64,000 bases of DNA from Eledone cirrhosa (taxonomy: Eukaryota): the NCBI GenBank assembly GCA_964016885.1, contig OZ024749.1:20832001-20896000 (forward strand), given 5' to 3'. How positions within the stretch are numbered: position 1 is the stretch's first letter; the number at the start of each line of letters is the position of its first letter. Made by a program: the position numbers and the translations under genes. The notes under the pieces were generated by a model. The model searched no databases, was not told the origin of the DNA, and worked only from the letters and a program-made list of their open reading frames with translations. Below are positions 27,679 to 42,145 of the stretch, one piece after another.

Positions 27679-27988
27679 ATGAGAATAAACGTGCTGCGTG
27701 GTTGCAAATGGGTTACATATGAATAAAGTTACTCCTTCATCAGTGATCTTCCAACCATCATTGGTATTTCATCGCTTTAAAGACCATATACCTCCGGTTG
27801 GTGCGAGCAACGGGTAAAAAAAGTCGTTGGGACACGTAAATAAAGGGGACAGCGAGAGTGTAAACACACAAAGATGTGGAAGCAACGAAAAGTGAGGAAG
27901 AACGAGTCAAGTCCCAAATTTCCATGGATATAAGTTCGGTGAAATCGTGAACGAGAGAGAATAAAGACTATCAAACGTGGTTGGAATG

Positions 27989-28119
27989 TGAGCAAGGAAG
28001 GAAATCCGTACAGGTCTAACGGGAGCAAATAAAAAAAAAAAATTAAAAAAAATATATATATATATATTTTTTTTTTTATTTCCTCCCGTTAGACCTGTAC
28101 GGAATTCCTACCTTGCTCA
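27989..28119. repeat. Foldback hairpin at the end of a family-A-related element
   Basis: tgagcaaggaaggaaatccgtacaggtctaacgggag / ctcccgttagacctgtacggaattcctaccttgctca around an A-tract/(TA)n/T-tract centre. Confidence 0.9.
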
Positions 28120-28122
28120 TAT

Positions 28123-28197
<75 letters not shown>

Positions 28198-28205
28198 TAT
28201 ATATT

Positions 28206-28296
<91 letters not shown>

Positions 28297-28847
28297 GCGC
28301 TACCTGCAGTATTTTTCTCCATATTTTATTACATATATTTACCCAAACTGCGATTCTGTGTTTTTCTCTCTCTCTCTCACTGTTCCCCCATTCTCTCTGT
28401 TTCTCCTACTTTCTTTCGCCCCCTCTGTCATGTCAGTTAGCTCTTCCTCACACTTTCACTCACTCACTGTTTCTCCTCTCTTCGCTTCATCCTATACACG
28501 ACGAAAGCTAAATTTTTCTCTCTTCTCACATGGCCCTCGTTCGTGTCAGGTCTTTTTTATAAAGCGCTCATATATTCACCTAGCTTATGCTAAACAGAAT
28601 AATTATGAAGCTTGTTCCATTCCCCTACGGTTAGCTATACTCTTTGTTGTTCTCCTGTCTCACTCGCTTTACGCGTTTTAATTGTCCTAATAACTTATTT
28701 TAGTTATTATTGCACCGACGTGAGGTATATGATTTTTAATGCAATGAAATATCTATGTTCGTCGGCAAATCACTGATGAGGGACTCATTTTATTACATGT
28801 TATCCATGCGCTACCTGCAGTATTTTTCTCCATATATTATTTTATTT

Positions 28848-29071
<224 letters not shown>

Positions 29072-29475
29072 CAGATGCGGTGGATTGGCAGTATCGGTAA
29101 AGGGTCGGACGCCATGCTTTGACGCATAGTGTTACGGCCCTTGCCATTCTGAGTTCAAATCCCGCCGAGGTTAACTTTGCCTTTCATCCTTACGGGGTCG
29201 ATAAAATAAAGTACCAATAATACGCTGGGTAATTGCTGGCCTTGTGCCAAAAAGTAGGAACAATTATTAAAATAACAGATTAAAGTTTAAGCAAAGAATC
29301 GCTGCTTCCACCCTTAACAGAAGATCCTGTTAAGGGTGAAATCAGCGATTCTTTGCTTAAACAAATTTTTTATCTGTTATTTTAATAAATATTTGGTCTA
29401 CGGTTCTTATATATTTGATATATATTTATCCTTATCGAGCCCTCTTTGGATTTTAGTCTTCAAATTTATTATTAT

Positions 29476-29549
<74 letters not shown>

Positions 29550-29740
29550 GGAAATTAGTAAAATCGGCGGTTTGCAAGTAAATTCGGCCTACTTATATGA
29601 AATGATGAGTTAACAAAGCACTCGATAAGTTAGGGCCTTAGAGTAATAACATACGTTTAAATAGCTTGACAAATCGAACATTGTAGTAGGCGAATCTAAC
29701 ACACAATATATACCAAAGTAACGATAAAACTAACAGGTTG

Positions 29741-29968
29741 AAAAAAGTTACAACTGGAACATAGTTGTGGTTTTTAATATAGCATGTTTCAAAAGTATAT
29801 ATATATATGGTATAGTCCCATAACTCCTGATAGAGTCGTAGGGGGACCGTATTAACATACGGTGTTTCTTAGGCATTTTAAGCCTGGCGGAGCCCATCGC
29901 TCTACAGGCCTGAGTACAACAGATGTTTTCCAGAGCGAGGAAGAATCGTCCTCAGTACTAAACTGGTA

Positions 29969-30043
<75 letters not shown>

Positions 30044-30571
30044 AGTATTTGAATCTATTAAAAAAAACATTAATATTTATCAACCGAAAATATAAACAAA
30101 TTCAAATACTATTGGGAGAACGTTAAAGTGTTATGGAAGTCTAAAGATGCACTTAAAAGTTATCAGTGATAAAAATATAACATGCAGTAGCTAAAGATAT
30201 TATGCTAAACTATTACACACTGATGCACATACCGTATACAACTCACCAAATACTAGAGTATATGTTTGATATTGCTTATTAATTGAAGTTATAAAAATTA
30301 TAAAAGCTCTGAAATATAAAATCACATTGCGCTTTGAAATATTCTTTGCCTTTATATGGTTTGTATTGTCAAATCGACTAAACTATTATGACCATCATCA
30401 CCGTTTAACGTCCATTTTCCATGCTTGCATGGATTAGACAGTTCGTCCTCGACATGGGACAAGTCTGGGCAGATTGGCCGCGCCGTACCTTGCTCAGACG
30501 GAACTGTAAAATTTGGCCGGGATATTTACAGCTGGACGCCCTTCCTAACACCAACCACATTATACATATAT

Positions 30572-30662
<91 letters not shown>

Positions 30663-31037
30663 TCGAAACCGTAGTGATTTCCAGAGGTTCACTGAAGAGA
30701 TGGGATTGTTCGTCTTTCCGTTTTCTTTCCCATTGTTTTTAACCTGTGTGCACCCTATTTTGAATGTGTGTGTATTAGCTTTTCATCCTTTCGAGGTCGA
30801 TAAAAAAAGTACCAGTTTAGTACTAGGGACGATTCTTCCTCGCTCTGGAAAACATCTGTTGTACTCAGGCCTGGAGAGCGATGGGCTCCGCCAGGCTTAA
30901 AATGCCTAAGAAACACCGTATGTTAATACGGTCCCCCTACGACTCTATCAGGAGTTATGGGACCATACCATATATATATATACTTTTGAAACATGCTATA
31001 TTAAAAACCACAACTATGTTCCAGTTGTAACTTTTTT
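29741..31037. repeat. Near-perfect inverted repeat, about 230-bp arms (29741-29970 and 30808-31037)
   Basis: Arm 2 is the reverse complement of arm 1 with only a handful of differences by eye. Confidence 0.9.
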
Positions 31038-31394
31038 TATTAATCTTTTTTCTTTTCATATTTCCTTATTAGTTTGTTTGAAACAATAAAGTTTCTAGAC
31101 TTACGCAGTCACATCATCAAGAGGTGCAGTGTGATTGGGTTACAATACAATAAATGGGACAATACAGAAGCAAACATACACACATACATATAATGATTGA
31201 AAAGGTAAGAGAAAAATGAAAGAACAAAAATGAAGGACGTATAAAGCTATTGATCGACTAAACATTGATATGTATTCAGTGTTCACTAAGTGGTTTGTGG
31301 ATCAGAAAAATCGAATTGATAAAATATACTTGATATGTGTTCAATATTTGAACTAGAAAGAAATAAGGAACAGAAATGAGTCAAAGTATTCCTT

Positions 31395-32020
31395 GTGGTG
31401 TAGTGTAGGGTGGTGTGGTGTAGTGTTGTAGTGTGCTGTTGTGTAGTGTAGGGTAGGGTGGTGTGGTGTAGGGTGTGTATGGGGGTATAGTGTGGTGTGG
31501 TATGGTATGATGTAGTGTGCTGTGGTGTGGGTAGGGTGGTGTGGTGTGATGTTGTGTGGTGTAGTGTTGTGTTGTGTAATGAGGTGTGTGGTGTTGTGTA
31601 GTGTTGTGTGTGGTGTAGTGTGGTGTGATGTTGTGTGGTGTAGTGTTGTGTTGTGTAATGAGGTGTGGTGTGTAGTGTGGTGTGATGTTGTGTGGTGTAG
31701 TGTAGTGTTGTGTTGTGTAATGATGTGTGGTGTTGTGTAATGAGGTGTGTGGTGTAGTGTGGTGTGATGTAGTGTAGTGTTGTGAAGTGTTGTGTGTGGT
31801 GGAGTGTGGTGTGATGTAGTGTTGTGTAATGAGGTATGGTGTGTAGTGTGGTGTAGTGTTGTGTTATGTAATGATGTTGTGTGGTGTAGTGTAATGAGGT
31901 GTGTGGTGTAGTACGGTGTGGTGTAGTGTTGTGTTGTGTATTGAGGTGTGTGGTGTGGTGTGATGTTGTGTGGTGTATTGATGTGTGTGGTGTAGTGTGG
32001 TGTTGTGTTGTGTGGTGTGT
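31395..32020. repeat. Degenerate (GTGTA/GTGTG/GTTGT)n pentamer array
   Basis: Directly visible. Confidence 0.9.
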
Positions 32021-32099
32021 AGTATTAATTTCAAATAGTATCAATTTTTTCTGTGTTCTGTAAAATAAAAGACTGGTGTAAAACGACTTTAGCATAAAA

Positions 32100-32585
32100 A
32101 TAATTCGGCTTTGCCGAATATTAAAAATAAAATAAGAATTCCTCGTCTTAGCACAGCTGATACATAAATGTAAGTATGCATGCATACCCCCCCCCCCCTA
32201 TATATATATATTTTTATTTATACATACACATCGACGTATGGGTTATATCGAACATTATTAATAATGTTCGATTCGTTTGGAACCAAACGTTTGGAGTCCG
32301 ATTAGAAGCTGTGCCGTGCCGGAGATCGATCGTCACCGGTTTGTTCACTGTTTGTTCAACACTGACGTTGGGGAACAATCGACATGTTTCTGGATCATTA
32401 CCCTTCATCAGGACTGTATACTTCTCTGCCAATGTGTTGAAAATATATAGTATTTTCCTAAGTACACATCGGCTGAGTAGCCTCATTTACATACCGAGTG
32501 AATTATGGCTGGCCTTGCCGAATCTTAAAAATAAAATGAGAATTTTGATCTCACCCTAGCATAGCTGATACATAAATGTAAGTAT
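32100..32585 (-). mobile_element. Small element with about 75-bp terminal direct repeats enclosing a hammerhead (retrozyme-like)
   Basis: ttgccgaat.ttaaaaataaaat.agaatt...tagca.agctgatacataaatgtaagtat at about 32110-32177 and 32515-32585. Confidence 0.65.
32375..32417 (-). ncRNA. Minimal type I hammerhead ribozyme
   Basis: Minus strand 43 nt: acagtc CTGATGA agggtaatgatcca GAAA catgt C gattgt. 6-bp stem I, palindromic ACAUGU stem III, GUC cleavage triplet. Confidence 0.85.
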
Positions 32586-32949
32586 CGACACGTATATACA
32601 CACACACACACATATATATATAATATATACATACATACACATATACATATGTACGCTTTATAAAAGCTAACACAATATTGTTAAACATTCAACTGATACT
32701 TTGATCTATAGTTTAAGCCAATTCTAGACTTTTGTGGGACGTTTCTCTCTCTCTCTCTCTCTTTAGATGTGTTTTACACTCTCACATATATACTTGTCAG
32801 TCATTACATATGTATATGTATGTGGAGATGTGTGTGTAATTCTCTGTGCAACTTACTCAAGCCTAACGTACCAAACGAACGCACAAACACACCCACACTA
32901 ACATGTTTCTATCTTGTGTTGTGTTCCTATTTTTTTGTTTTTACCCATT

Positions 32950-33515
32950 GATCAGTGAGTCACTCCAGGTAGAGCTGTTACTTCTCTGAATTGAGAGATC
33001 ACTGCTCTAATACTACGGGCATGTGGTTAGAATGTCTCAGGAAAGAATCACTGAACAGACTTGTTGTTCAGAGATCAGAGAGTCACTCCAAGTAGAGCCA
33101 GTACTTCTCTTAATTGAATTGGATGATCTCAGCTCTGATATTATGGGCATGTAGTTAGAATGTCTCAGGAAAGAATCACTGGACAGATTTGTAGCTCGGA
33201 GATCAGAGAGTCATTCCAGGTAGGGCCGCTACTTCTCCGAATTGAGAGATCACCGCTCCAATACTATGGCCATGTGGTTAGAATGTCTCAGGAAAGAATC
33301 ACTGGACTGATTTTACGGGCAAAACCAACAGGTAGGAGACCCAGGGGTAGACACTGAGCAAGATGGTTGGATAAAAGCCATGAGCTTGGCTGGTCACGCT
33401 TGGGGATCCAGCTGGATCAGTTGGAGACGGTTGCTTCTGACAGGACCCGCTGGACTGAGTGTTTGAGGACTCTGCCCCAACAGCCCTCCCAAGAATAAGT
33501 GGGCGAAGAAGAAGA
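32950..33515 (+). mobile_element. RTE-clade LINE 3' fragment with an internally triplicated segment
   Basis: IRESFQVGPLLLRIERSPLQYYGHVVRMSQERIT...PTGRRPRGR. The atcag.gagtca.tcca.gtag...gttagaatgtctcaggaaagaatcactg segment occurs three times. (GAA)n tail. Confidence 0.8.
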
Positions 33516-33739
33516 CTGAAACAATTGACTTCTCACATTTGCAGGGGCTTTGTAATCCGGCAGGTATCATAATAAATCCGGCGAATAAATTTAAAGATTA
33601 GAAATTTTTTTTTTTATCGTACGTAGCTGAAGTAAAAAGGGAAGTCTGGCAGTGATAGGGATGAGGTGGGGTAGCAGTTATATAGTATGTGTGAATCCAA
33701 AGACTAAATCTTCGATGAGTGTGTGACAATGCTAATAAT

Positions 33740-34730
33740 AATTATTTCTACTTTCGGAACAAGGCCGGCAATTTGAAGGGTAGGGAAAGTCGATTAAATT
33801 GACACCAGTATGTGACTGGTACTTTATTTTATCGAACCCGTAATGATGAAAGACAAAGCTAACCTCAGTGAGATTTGAATAAAAGGACGCAACTATATGC
33901 CGTAAAGCATGTTGTCCGACGCTCTACCGATACTTCCAAAGAACCCATAATAACAATAATTGTTTCGGATTTAGGCACAAGGCCAACAACTTGGGGGAAG
34001 GGGTAGTCGATTAAATCGACTCCAGTATGTTACTGGTACTTTATTTTATTGACCATATAAGGATGAAAGGCAAAACTAATCCCAACGAAATTTGAATTCA
34101 ATACATAAAAGGCCGTAAATATGTGCCGCAAAGCAACTTTCCCGATGCTCTACCGATACTACAAAACCACCACAAATAGTAAAGACCCGCTTCGGTCACA
34201 AATGACCATAGGATTTGCATCTAGAAAGTTCCCCTCCGAGGTACATGTGCAGGTGAGATTGTTTGTGGAAGACCAGCAGTCACCCATGTATACCAGTCTC
34301 TACACGCCACCGATGTTGTCCAAAGGAAAGGCTAAGGCTGACAAAGCTTGGCACCAGTGACGTCACAACTCATTTCTACAACTGAGTAAACTGGGGAAAC
34401 GTGAAATAAAGTGTTTTGCTCAAGAACACAACGCAAAGCCTGGTCCGAGATTCGAACTCACAACCTCATGATTGTAGCCCGATGCCCTAACCACTAAGCC
34501 ATACGCATTCACATATAATAATTGTTTCTACTTTAGGCACAAGGCCGGCAATTTTAGGGGAGGGGAAAGTCGATTAAATCGACCCCAGTGCGTGACTGGT
34601 ACTTTATTTTATCGACCTTGTAAGGATGAAAGACAAAGCTAACCTCGGCGAGATTTGAACTCAGAATGTAAAGGACCATAACTCTATGTCGCTAAGCATG
34701 TTGTCCGATGCTCTACCGATTCTGCCATAA
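33740..34730 (-). mobile_element. SINE cluster (three family-1 copies plus one other tRNA-SINE)
   Basis: Reverse-complement SINE consensus at about 33740, 33955 and 34518; tRNA-like head at about 34440-34510. Confidence 0.8.
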
Positions 34731-34839
34731 TACTTTCCATTGTTTATTAAGGGCACTCCGAAAGTTTGACTGACCGGGTCAATAGATAACAATCCGTGTT
34801 AATAGGTGTTACTCGGCAGCTAACTACCCGAGTTTTTGA

Positions 34840-35780
34840 CAGTCCTATCAACACTACATGCTGTTGTTGTTATAGCTCACACGTATGCTGGTTTAGTTGT
34901 ATCTCAGAGGTTTCCGGAGTTTTTAATGAGGGGCCCCTGTCTATCAACACTCTGCATATTATTGTTACAACTCACACCTATGTAGTCTTAACGGATCCCC
35001 TATGAAGTTGTATCTCATTAGAGGTTTCTTGAGCGTTTTAATGATATAAACCCCAGTCATGTCAACATTTCGTTGTTGTTACAGCTCACACGTATGTAAA
35101 TTTAGCTGTAGGTGGAATTTGGGAGACAAGTGACAGGCAACAGAGCAAAGCACCCTTAGCAAGTGTCAACACTGTTGTTATAGTTCACACCTGTGAAGGT
35201 TTGGCAGACCCCCTACGAGGTTGTATCTTAAAAGTTTCTTTGGCATTTTAATGATAGGGACCCTAGTCATATCAGCAATCTACATGTTGTTGTTTGAAGG
35301 TTTATCTGACCTCCTTTCATAGGTTTCTCAGGCGTTTTAATGATAGTGACCCTAGTCATATCAACACTTTGGATATTGTTGCGGGTTTAGCTGGTTCTCT
35401 ATGGGGTTGTATCTCATAGGGAATTTTTTGTCCTAACAACACTCTACATATTGTTGTTACAGCTCACACCTATGTAGGTTAGGCTGGCCTCTTATGAAAT
35501 TATATCTCAAAGATTTCTTGGGGCTTTTAATATGGACCCCAGTCCTGCCAACACTGTTGTTGTTACAGTTCACACTTATACAGGTTTAACTGACTATCTA
35601 CAAGATTGGATTTGAAAGGAGGTTTCTTGGGTGTTTTAACGATAGGGACCACAGTCCTATCAACACTACATTTTGTTGTTACAGCTCACTCCTAGGTAGG
35701 TTTGGCAGACCTTCTACAAGACTACATCTCAAAGGAGGTTCTTGGGTCTTTTAATGATAGATGAGGGTTTCAGTCCTGTT
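34840..35780. repeat. Old diverged tandem repeat, unit roughly 115-125 bp
   Basis: Recurring ttttaatgataggga.cc.agtc.tatcaacact...gttgttacagctcacacctatgtaggttt. Confidence 0.75.
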
Positions 35781-37229
35781 ATGAAAAGCAGTAAAAACTT
35801 AACAACTCAACACACCACTCCGTACATGCATCGAACACGCGACCTTACAGTTTGTGACTTCCTCATTGGGAAGAAATGTTGGAAGCAACAGAACCACACG
35901 TCTTTCTGTGTAGAGAGGTTATACCATGCTAAATATTTTACAATTGGCAGCAGAATCGATAGAGTGTCGGACATGCTTTGCGACATATAATAACGGCGCT
36001 TTACGTTCTGGGTTCAAATCCTGCTGAGGTTAGCTTTTCGTTTCATTCTTATGGGGTCGATAAAATAAAGCACCAGTAACGTACTGAGGTCGATTTAATC
36101 TATTTTTATCACCCCTAAAATTATTGACCTTGTGCCTAAATAAGAAACTATTTATTCTACAACAAAATTTAATAACATGTTTAGACATTGACGAAAATGT
36201 AATAACCCAGACACGAAACACCTCATAGCACTTATTACAGGTAAATTAACCTACATGTCCCCATTGTGTGTTCTGTATTGAAACTTAAATTATTGGTAAC
36301 CTTGGTAACTTACTAATGTGGAGGAGGAGGGAGATGGACCTCCGTCACCTTCCACTATGGGTGATCCAATCGTTCGACCAAACAGAAAACAGCCAGCTCG
36401 TGAAATTAGTGAGCAAGCGACTGAGTATTTATTCCACAAATACCTTAAGGGAATTCTCAAGGAGATTCAGCATGTGACAATGTGTGCTGAGACTGGCACC
36501 TCTGAATTATAGGTACAGTTCATTAGGTATTATGAGACATGTGGCTGAGTATTCCACATGTACCTTTAACGCCATTCTCAGGGAAATTCAACGTGGCACA
36601 ATGTGCAAGAGTGTTGAGACTATATAGACACCTTTGAATTACAAGCACAGTCCAAACGACGGGCTTCCCAACCATCACTGTCTACCAAAGTTTAGCCACA
36701 CGGCTCAAGTTGATCCGAGGTTATATAGTAAACAATATTTGTCCAAGATGCCTGACACTGGGATCGAACCGGAGACTGTGTGGTTGTGAAGCAAACTCCT
36801 TAACCATTCAGCCATGCTGCATTGAGCATAAAGCGGTGGGGACTTCTGGCGTTCTTGGTCTCCCGAACAAACCTCCCTACTTCAGACCTGCAAACCTCTA
36901 ACATCCCGAACGGGAAGTACCATGAAAAAAGTGTCCCAAAACGAGAAATGGGGTAAATTTGATATAATTGTTTCTGCTTTAGGCACAAGGCCGGCAATTA
37001 CCCAGTGCATTACTGGTACTTTATTTTATCGACCCCGTAAGGATGAAAGGCAAAGTAAACCTCGGGGAGATTTGATATAATGAAAGCTATACCCATTTTC
37101 TCAAGAAAAGACATCTCTCATCCACCCCAGAGTGGTTGGGAGATCTCCCCGTCTGACAGGTCTGTTACTCACTGCTGTCGGGGTGGAGTGTGCCACCCGC
37201 AAGAGTATCTATCCCCCTCCCTCCACGCG

Positions 37230-37380
37230 ATATCGGGTGCAGTTGACTACCCACAGGAGTACTCCCTCACACGTGATATCGGGGTAGGGTTGGCCACCCA
37301 CAGGAGTACTCCCTCATACGTGATATCGGGGTAGAGTTGGCCACCCACAGGAGTACTCCCTCACACGTGATATCGAGTTG
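37230..37380. repeat. Short minisatellite, 3-4 copies
   Basis: cccacaggagtactccctcacacgtgatatcggggtag repeated. Confidence 0.85.
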
Positions 37381-37544
37381 TGGAGTTAATCACAAAACCC
37401 CACCCACCGATTTGGAATGGCTATTTCAACGCCCCTCCCTCGCTGCTGTGCCCTGGATACTCTTTCTTGATTGTCCGTTGGATCATAAGTCGGTCCTTAT
37501 CTAAGGTGCTGCCCCACTATCCGTCAAGACAACCAGCGATAGCA

Positions 37545-38230
37545 CGAAACATTCTTTATAACGAGGTCGACCGAATCAAATCGAGCGTTTGTTTGTTATT
37601 TACCTCGGGGATTGAAAAAAAATGGCTTACATACACACGCAATTAATAATTGAAATTATATATGCAGGTAAAATTCCGTTATAACGAATTTTTCAGTATA
37701 AGGACATTTTTTCAATCCCCGAGGTAATAACAAACAAACGCTCGATTTGTTTCGGTCGATCTCGTTATAAAGAATTTTTCGTTACAACGAATTTTTTAAT
37801 ACCCCGTGAATTTCGTTATAACGGAATTTCATTGTATAAGAAAGGTTCTGGGAAAGTAAGAGTCGCCCCTTACCAACCTCGAGTAAATTATAAGGCAACA
37901 ATTTTTAGTGTTTTTCAGAGGCAACACAGACTGTGGTGGGGGTGTACTACATACATGTAAATGAGTAAAGCGATCATATGTCGTTAATACAGGGAAATTC
38001 CGTTATAACGAAATTCACAGGGTATAAAAAATTCGTTGTAACGAAAAATTCTTTATAACGAGGTCGACGGAATCAAATCGAGCGTTGGTTTATTATTTAC
38101 CTCGGGGATTGAAAAAAAATTCGTTGTAACGAAAAATTCTTTATAACGAGGTCGACCGAATCAAATCGAGCGTTGGTTTGTTTATTTACCTCGGGGATTG
38201 AAACAATTTTCGCTATACTGAAAAACTCGT
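37545..38230. mobile_element. Cluster of Tc1/mariner-type MITEs (another fragment at 43370-43452)
   Basis: TIR caggtaaaattccgttataacg ... cgttataacggaatttcattg|ta at about 37665-37835. A second copy starts ta|cagggaaattccgttataacg at about 37990. Internal cgaggtcgaccgaatcaaatcgagcg repeats. Confidence 0.8.
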
Positions 38231-39082
38231 ATCACAGCAAACTCATCAGTCCAATGTTTTAGTTACTATACATAGTGAACTCATCCTCTCTTATATACAT
38301 ATATATACACCAGGTCCGAACACAAAAGAGACAAACTCTTATATTAGTTTTACTCATTAGACCGCGACCACGCTGAGGCACTTCCATAGAAAGGTTTAGT
38401 CGATCATATCCACCCCAGTACTTTTTTAAAAAAATATATTTTTCAATTCTAGCGCTTGTTTAATCAATCTTTTACTGAAGCACGAGACAGACCTGCCAAC
38501 CTCTAAAAACCCCAAACGGGGAGATTTTACATAATGAAAGACATCTCTCACCTACCCCAAAGTGGTTGAGAGATCTCCCCGTCGGACGGGAAGAGTTGAC
38601 AGGTCTGACTAAGTGACGAGACATAAACAAAGAATAAACGTAAAAAAATGACACGACACGTACGTAGTTTCTGCCAACCAAATTTCACTCTCAAAGTATT
38701 ATTGGTCAACCGGAGACTATGTATAGCAGCTGACACCTATCCAAAGCACCATATAGTATTTAACGGAACTCCTTCATCATACAATACCTGCGCATGCGCA
38801 TTGTGTTTATTACATTATCCTCTCCCTGTGATAGGTTTTAAACTTAGTTTCGATATATATCTTACTAATAGGTTCCAGGTTTTGTTGATTAGACATGAAC
38901 AATTATTTGGTAGTTAATTTACTTGTGGTGGGTGTTGGTTTAATATCCCCACAACCCTATTTCCAGATACACCTGCCTACATGCAAATTGTAAATAATAT
39001 AATATATACTATGTATAAATAAATAAATATACATGTATATATAGGGAGACAACAAGCAAGCTTTGTTTTGAAACGGCTAGCG

Positions 39083-39295
39083 AATTTGAAAATTAGGTAG
39101 TAACATGTGCTTACGCCGTATTTGACTAAATAGAATTACTACTGTTAGTTGGGATTTAAAAAAACCCTCTGAATGGAAAAAGGATGGGTATTGATGTACC
39201 TGGGACACGAACCCATGTACATCAATAAATCCCAACTAACAGACTAATTCTATTTAGTCAAATACGTCGCAAGCACATGTTACTAATTTTCAAAT
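39083..39295. repeat. Inverted repeat with about 75-bp arms (MITE or tail-to-tail element)
   Basis: tttgaaaattag..gtaacatgtgctt.cg.cgtatttgactaaatagaatta..ctgttagttgggattta is mirrored at 39226-39295. Confidence 0.85.
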
Positions 39296-40914
39296 AAATA
39301 TATATTTTTTATAAGTATGTACACGTACTGTAGTATGTATATATATATATATATACATACATGCACACATATATATATATATGTACGTATGGATTCACCG
39401 AACATTTATTATCCCGATTAAGCCGTACATATATATGTGTGCATGTATGTATGTATGTATATATATATATATATATACATACATACTACTGTACGTCTGT
39501 ATACATATATGTATGTACGTGTACATACTTATATTTAAGTAACAGTCGTACTAAGAGTGGGAAATGAAATTTCGTTTCATTTTTTCCGTTTATATATTTT
39601 TTATTTCGCTATATTTATATAAGTATCATTTGGTATTTAATATACTATTATATCATCTCTACCGACCCCGGTGGTGCGGATGGGCCAACTTTGAGAACCT
39701 CTGGTTTATTGTGTTGTGTTTTGTGGCTGAGTAATTTATATTTGTGTTGTGGGTCTTGGTATAGGTTTAGTACTGTGGTATTCGTTTGATATTATTCTGC
39801 TCATGGGCGGTGAATTGGCAGTATCGGTAGAGGGTTGGACGCCATGCTTTCTAGCATAGTTACCTCACTTTACGGTCTGAGTTCAAATCCTGTCGAGGCT
39901 TTCATCCTTATGGGGGTCGATAAAATAATAAAGTACCAGTAATGTACTGGATAATTGCTGGCCTTGTGTAGAAACAATTATTCTGCTCATGGGATTGTGA
40001 GAAAATTATATTCGAATATATATATATATACACACACACATTTCTGTCTCTCTCTGAAATTAAGACTCTTTTCCCACTAAATTAAAATATATTTCTTCAT
40101 TGTACTGTGTCGTTTGCTTTGTTATTTCTGTTTACCTTTTGCAAACACACACATATATATATAAAGAATCGATCGACTTTCGTCAAATTGGACCGAGGAA
40201 ACAATGTTTACGTTGGTCTTTCCAATTGATAATACTATCTATCGGTCGCAACTCCATGTAGGAGCAGCTTGAAATAAAGTGTCTTGCTCAATCAAGGACA
40301 TAACGCATCGCCCAGTCCAGGAATCGAACTCACAACCTCACGATTGTGAATCCAATTCTCTAACCACTCAGCCTTCACTATATATAAAGTACAGGTTGAA
40401 GTTTAAGCAAATAATATCTGCCTTCACCCCATGCGGGATCTCCAACGAGTTTATATCATATATACAATCCTTATGGACCCCTCTTCAGATTTTGGTCTTT
40501 GTATTTATTATTACTATATATATACAATGAATTTCATTTCTCCGAGTTACTATTTTTCAAAAATTACTTGGTTTTCCACCATACACCCATACCTAACAAA
40601 TGGTGCACACATCTACTCACTATGCGACGCCACCCGCCATCTAATATACATATATACACATTGTCACACGCATGAAGGTATAATATATACCATGACGTAA
40701 ACCAATCACGGCAAACTGCGGCCTGTTGGCTTTCTGAATGACGCATCTAATATTTAAATTGCCTTGAATTCGTTAGTAGTGTAGCCTGCCTTATCCTATG
40801 CAGCCAACTGCTCGAAAAATGTTGCCCATACGTGTCATAAACACACGCTCGATGACCCCACTAATGTAAACTGATTTACTCATAAACTTACATAAATACA
40901 CTCCGAACTCTGTG

Positions 40915-41545
40915 CCTAACACTTGTATACTCAGTTGCAGAGTACTGTTCACCGGTCTGGGCAGGGAGATGTTATGCCAAGCAGGTTGACACCATCCTCA
41001 TCTCAGCTATGAGAATAACATCTGGCACACTGAAATCTACACCTACTCAGTGGCTGTCTACCCTTTCTAATAGTTCCTTCTCACGTGCGGCGTGAGATGA
41101 TCCGTGAGGCAACACTTCTTACCAAGTCCACGCCCGACCTTCTCATTCACAAAGACCTGGAAAACTTTCCCAATATGCGCTTGAAATCACGCAAACCATT
41201 CTGGGAATCAATGAAGACCCTTCAAGACTTTGATCTGAAGGAGTGGCGAATATCACGGAATGAGTCCAGATTTGCGAACCATGACCCCACATCTCAACCA
41301 ACCAGCTTTGACCTTCCCAGAAAGCTATGGGTGTCCCTTAATCAGATCCGCACAACACATGCTAGGATAGCCTGTCATCTCCATCGATGGAATATGAAAG
41401 CGAGCTCTGACCAGTGTTGCATGTTATCCGGGATTGTCCCCTCAGACATTTTCCCGGCAGCCTGGAGTCAATGCATAATACTACAAATGACGTCTTAGTC
41501 TGGCTCACCAATCTCCATGTCTCTAACCATTGTACATGTCATACA
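40915..41545 (+). mobile_element. Vingi/Ingi-like LINE 3' fragment
   Basis: LVYSVAEYCSPVW...AMRITSGTLKSTPTQWL...RLKSRKPFW...LPRKLWVSLNQIRT...HVIRDCPLRHFPGSL across frameshifts. Clade assignment is from memory. Confidence 0.65.
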
Positions 41546-42139
41546 AAAGATTCACTGAAACCCAGACGCCCTACCACCGCTGCACGCACGTATCTAGTTT
41601 TACATACATCGCATTCTTTTAGTCCTCTTTTCCGAGAAAAGACTAAAGTCGGAAACGTTGAGATATTCTTTTTCCTCACAGGCATGAAACTATTTAAACT
41701 TTATATATAACTGTTCCCCGTGTTTGTTTTATTTTTTAACCTCGAAATATGTATTGTATAAAACATACATAGTTAGTGGGACACTCTGTTAGAAGCGACG
41801 GAGAGTGCTGCAGTTTCTCGTGAAATTAACGTGTACATGGCTGAGCATTCTACAGACACGTGTATTCACAAGTTCTCAGAGATTTAGCGCGACGTGGCTG
41901 GGTCCTTTGAATTACGAGCATAACTAATTTTCAACGGCTGAGTGACAATGCGCAGCCCGATGGGGAATCGAATTCACGAATTTATGATGAGGATCCGAAC
42001 ACCCTACCCACTAAGTTATTCACCTACATAAAGACAAACACCGCTAGTTTTCATTTAATAACCAGATGTAATTCTTTTTTACCAACCCTCCTCTAAAATG
42101 TTCTTTATGACTTACAGAAACGAAGTCAAGATGAAAATA

Positions 42140-42145
42140 TTTATT
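42140..42145 (-). terminator. Candidate distal polyadenylation signal (AAUAAA) of PTBP
   Basis: TTTATT on plus. It sits at the boundary between the TE-rich and TE-poor zones and is followed on minus by U-rich sequence. Confidence 0.3.

Noticed and set aside
29912-29958. Minus-strand CTGAGGA...GAAA hammerhead-like match
   Set aside because: Stem II does not pair, position 17 is G, and the inverted copy lacks the core.
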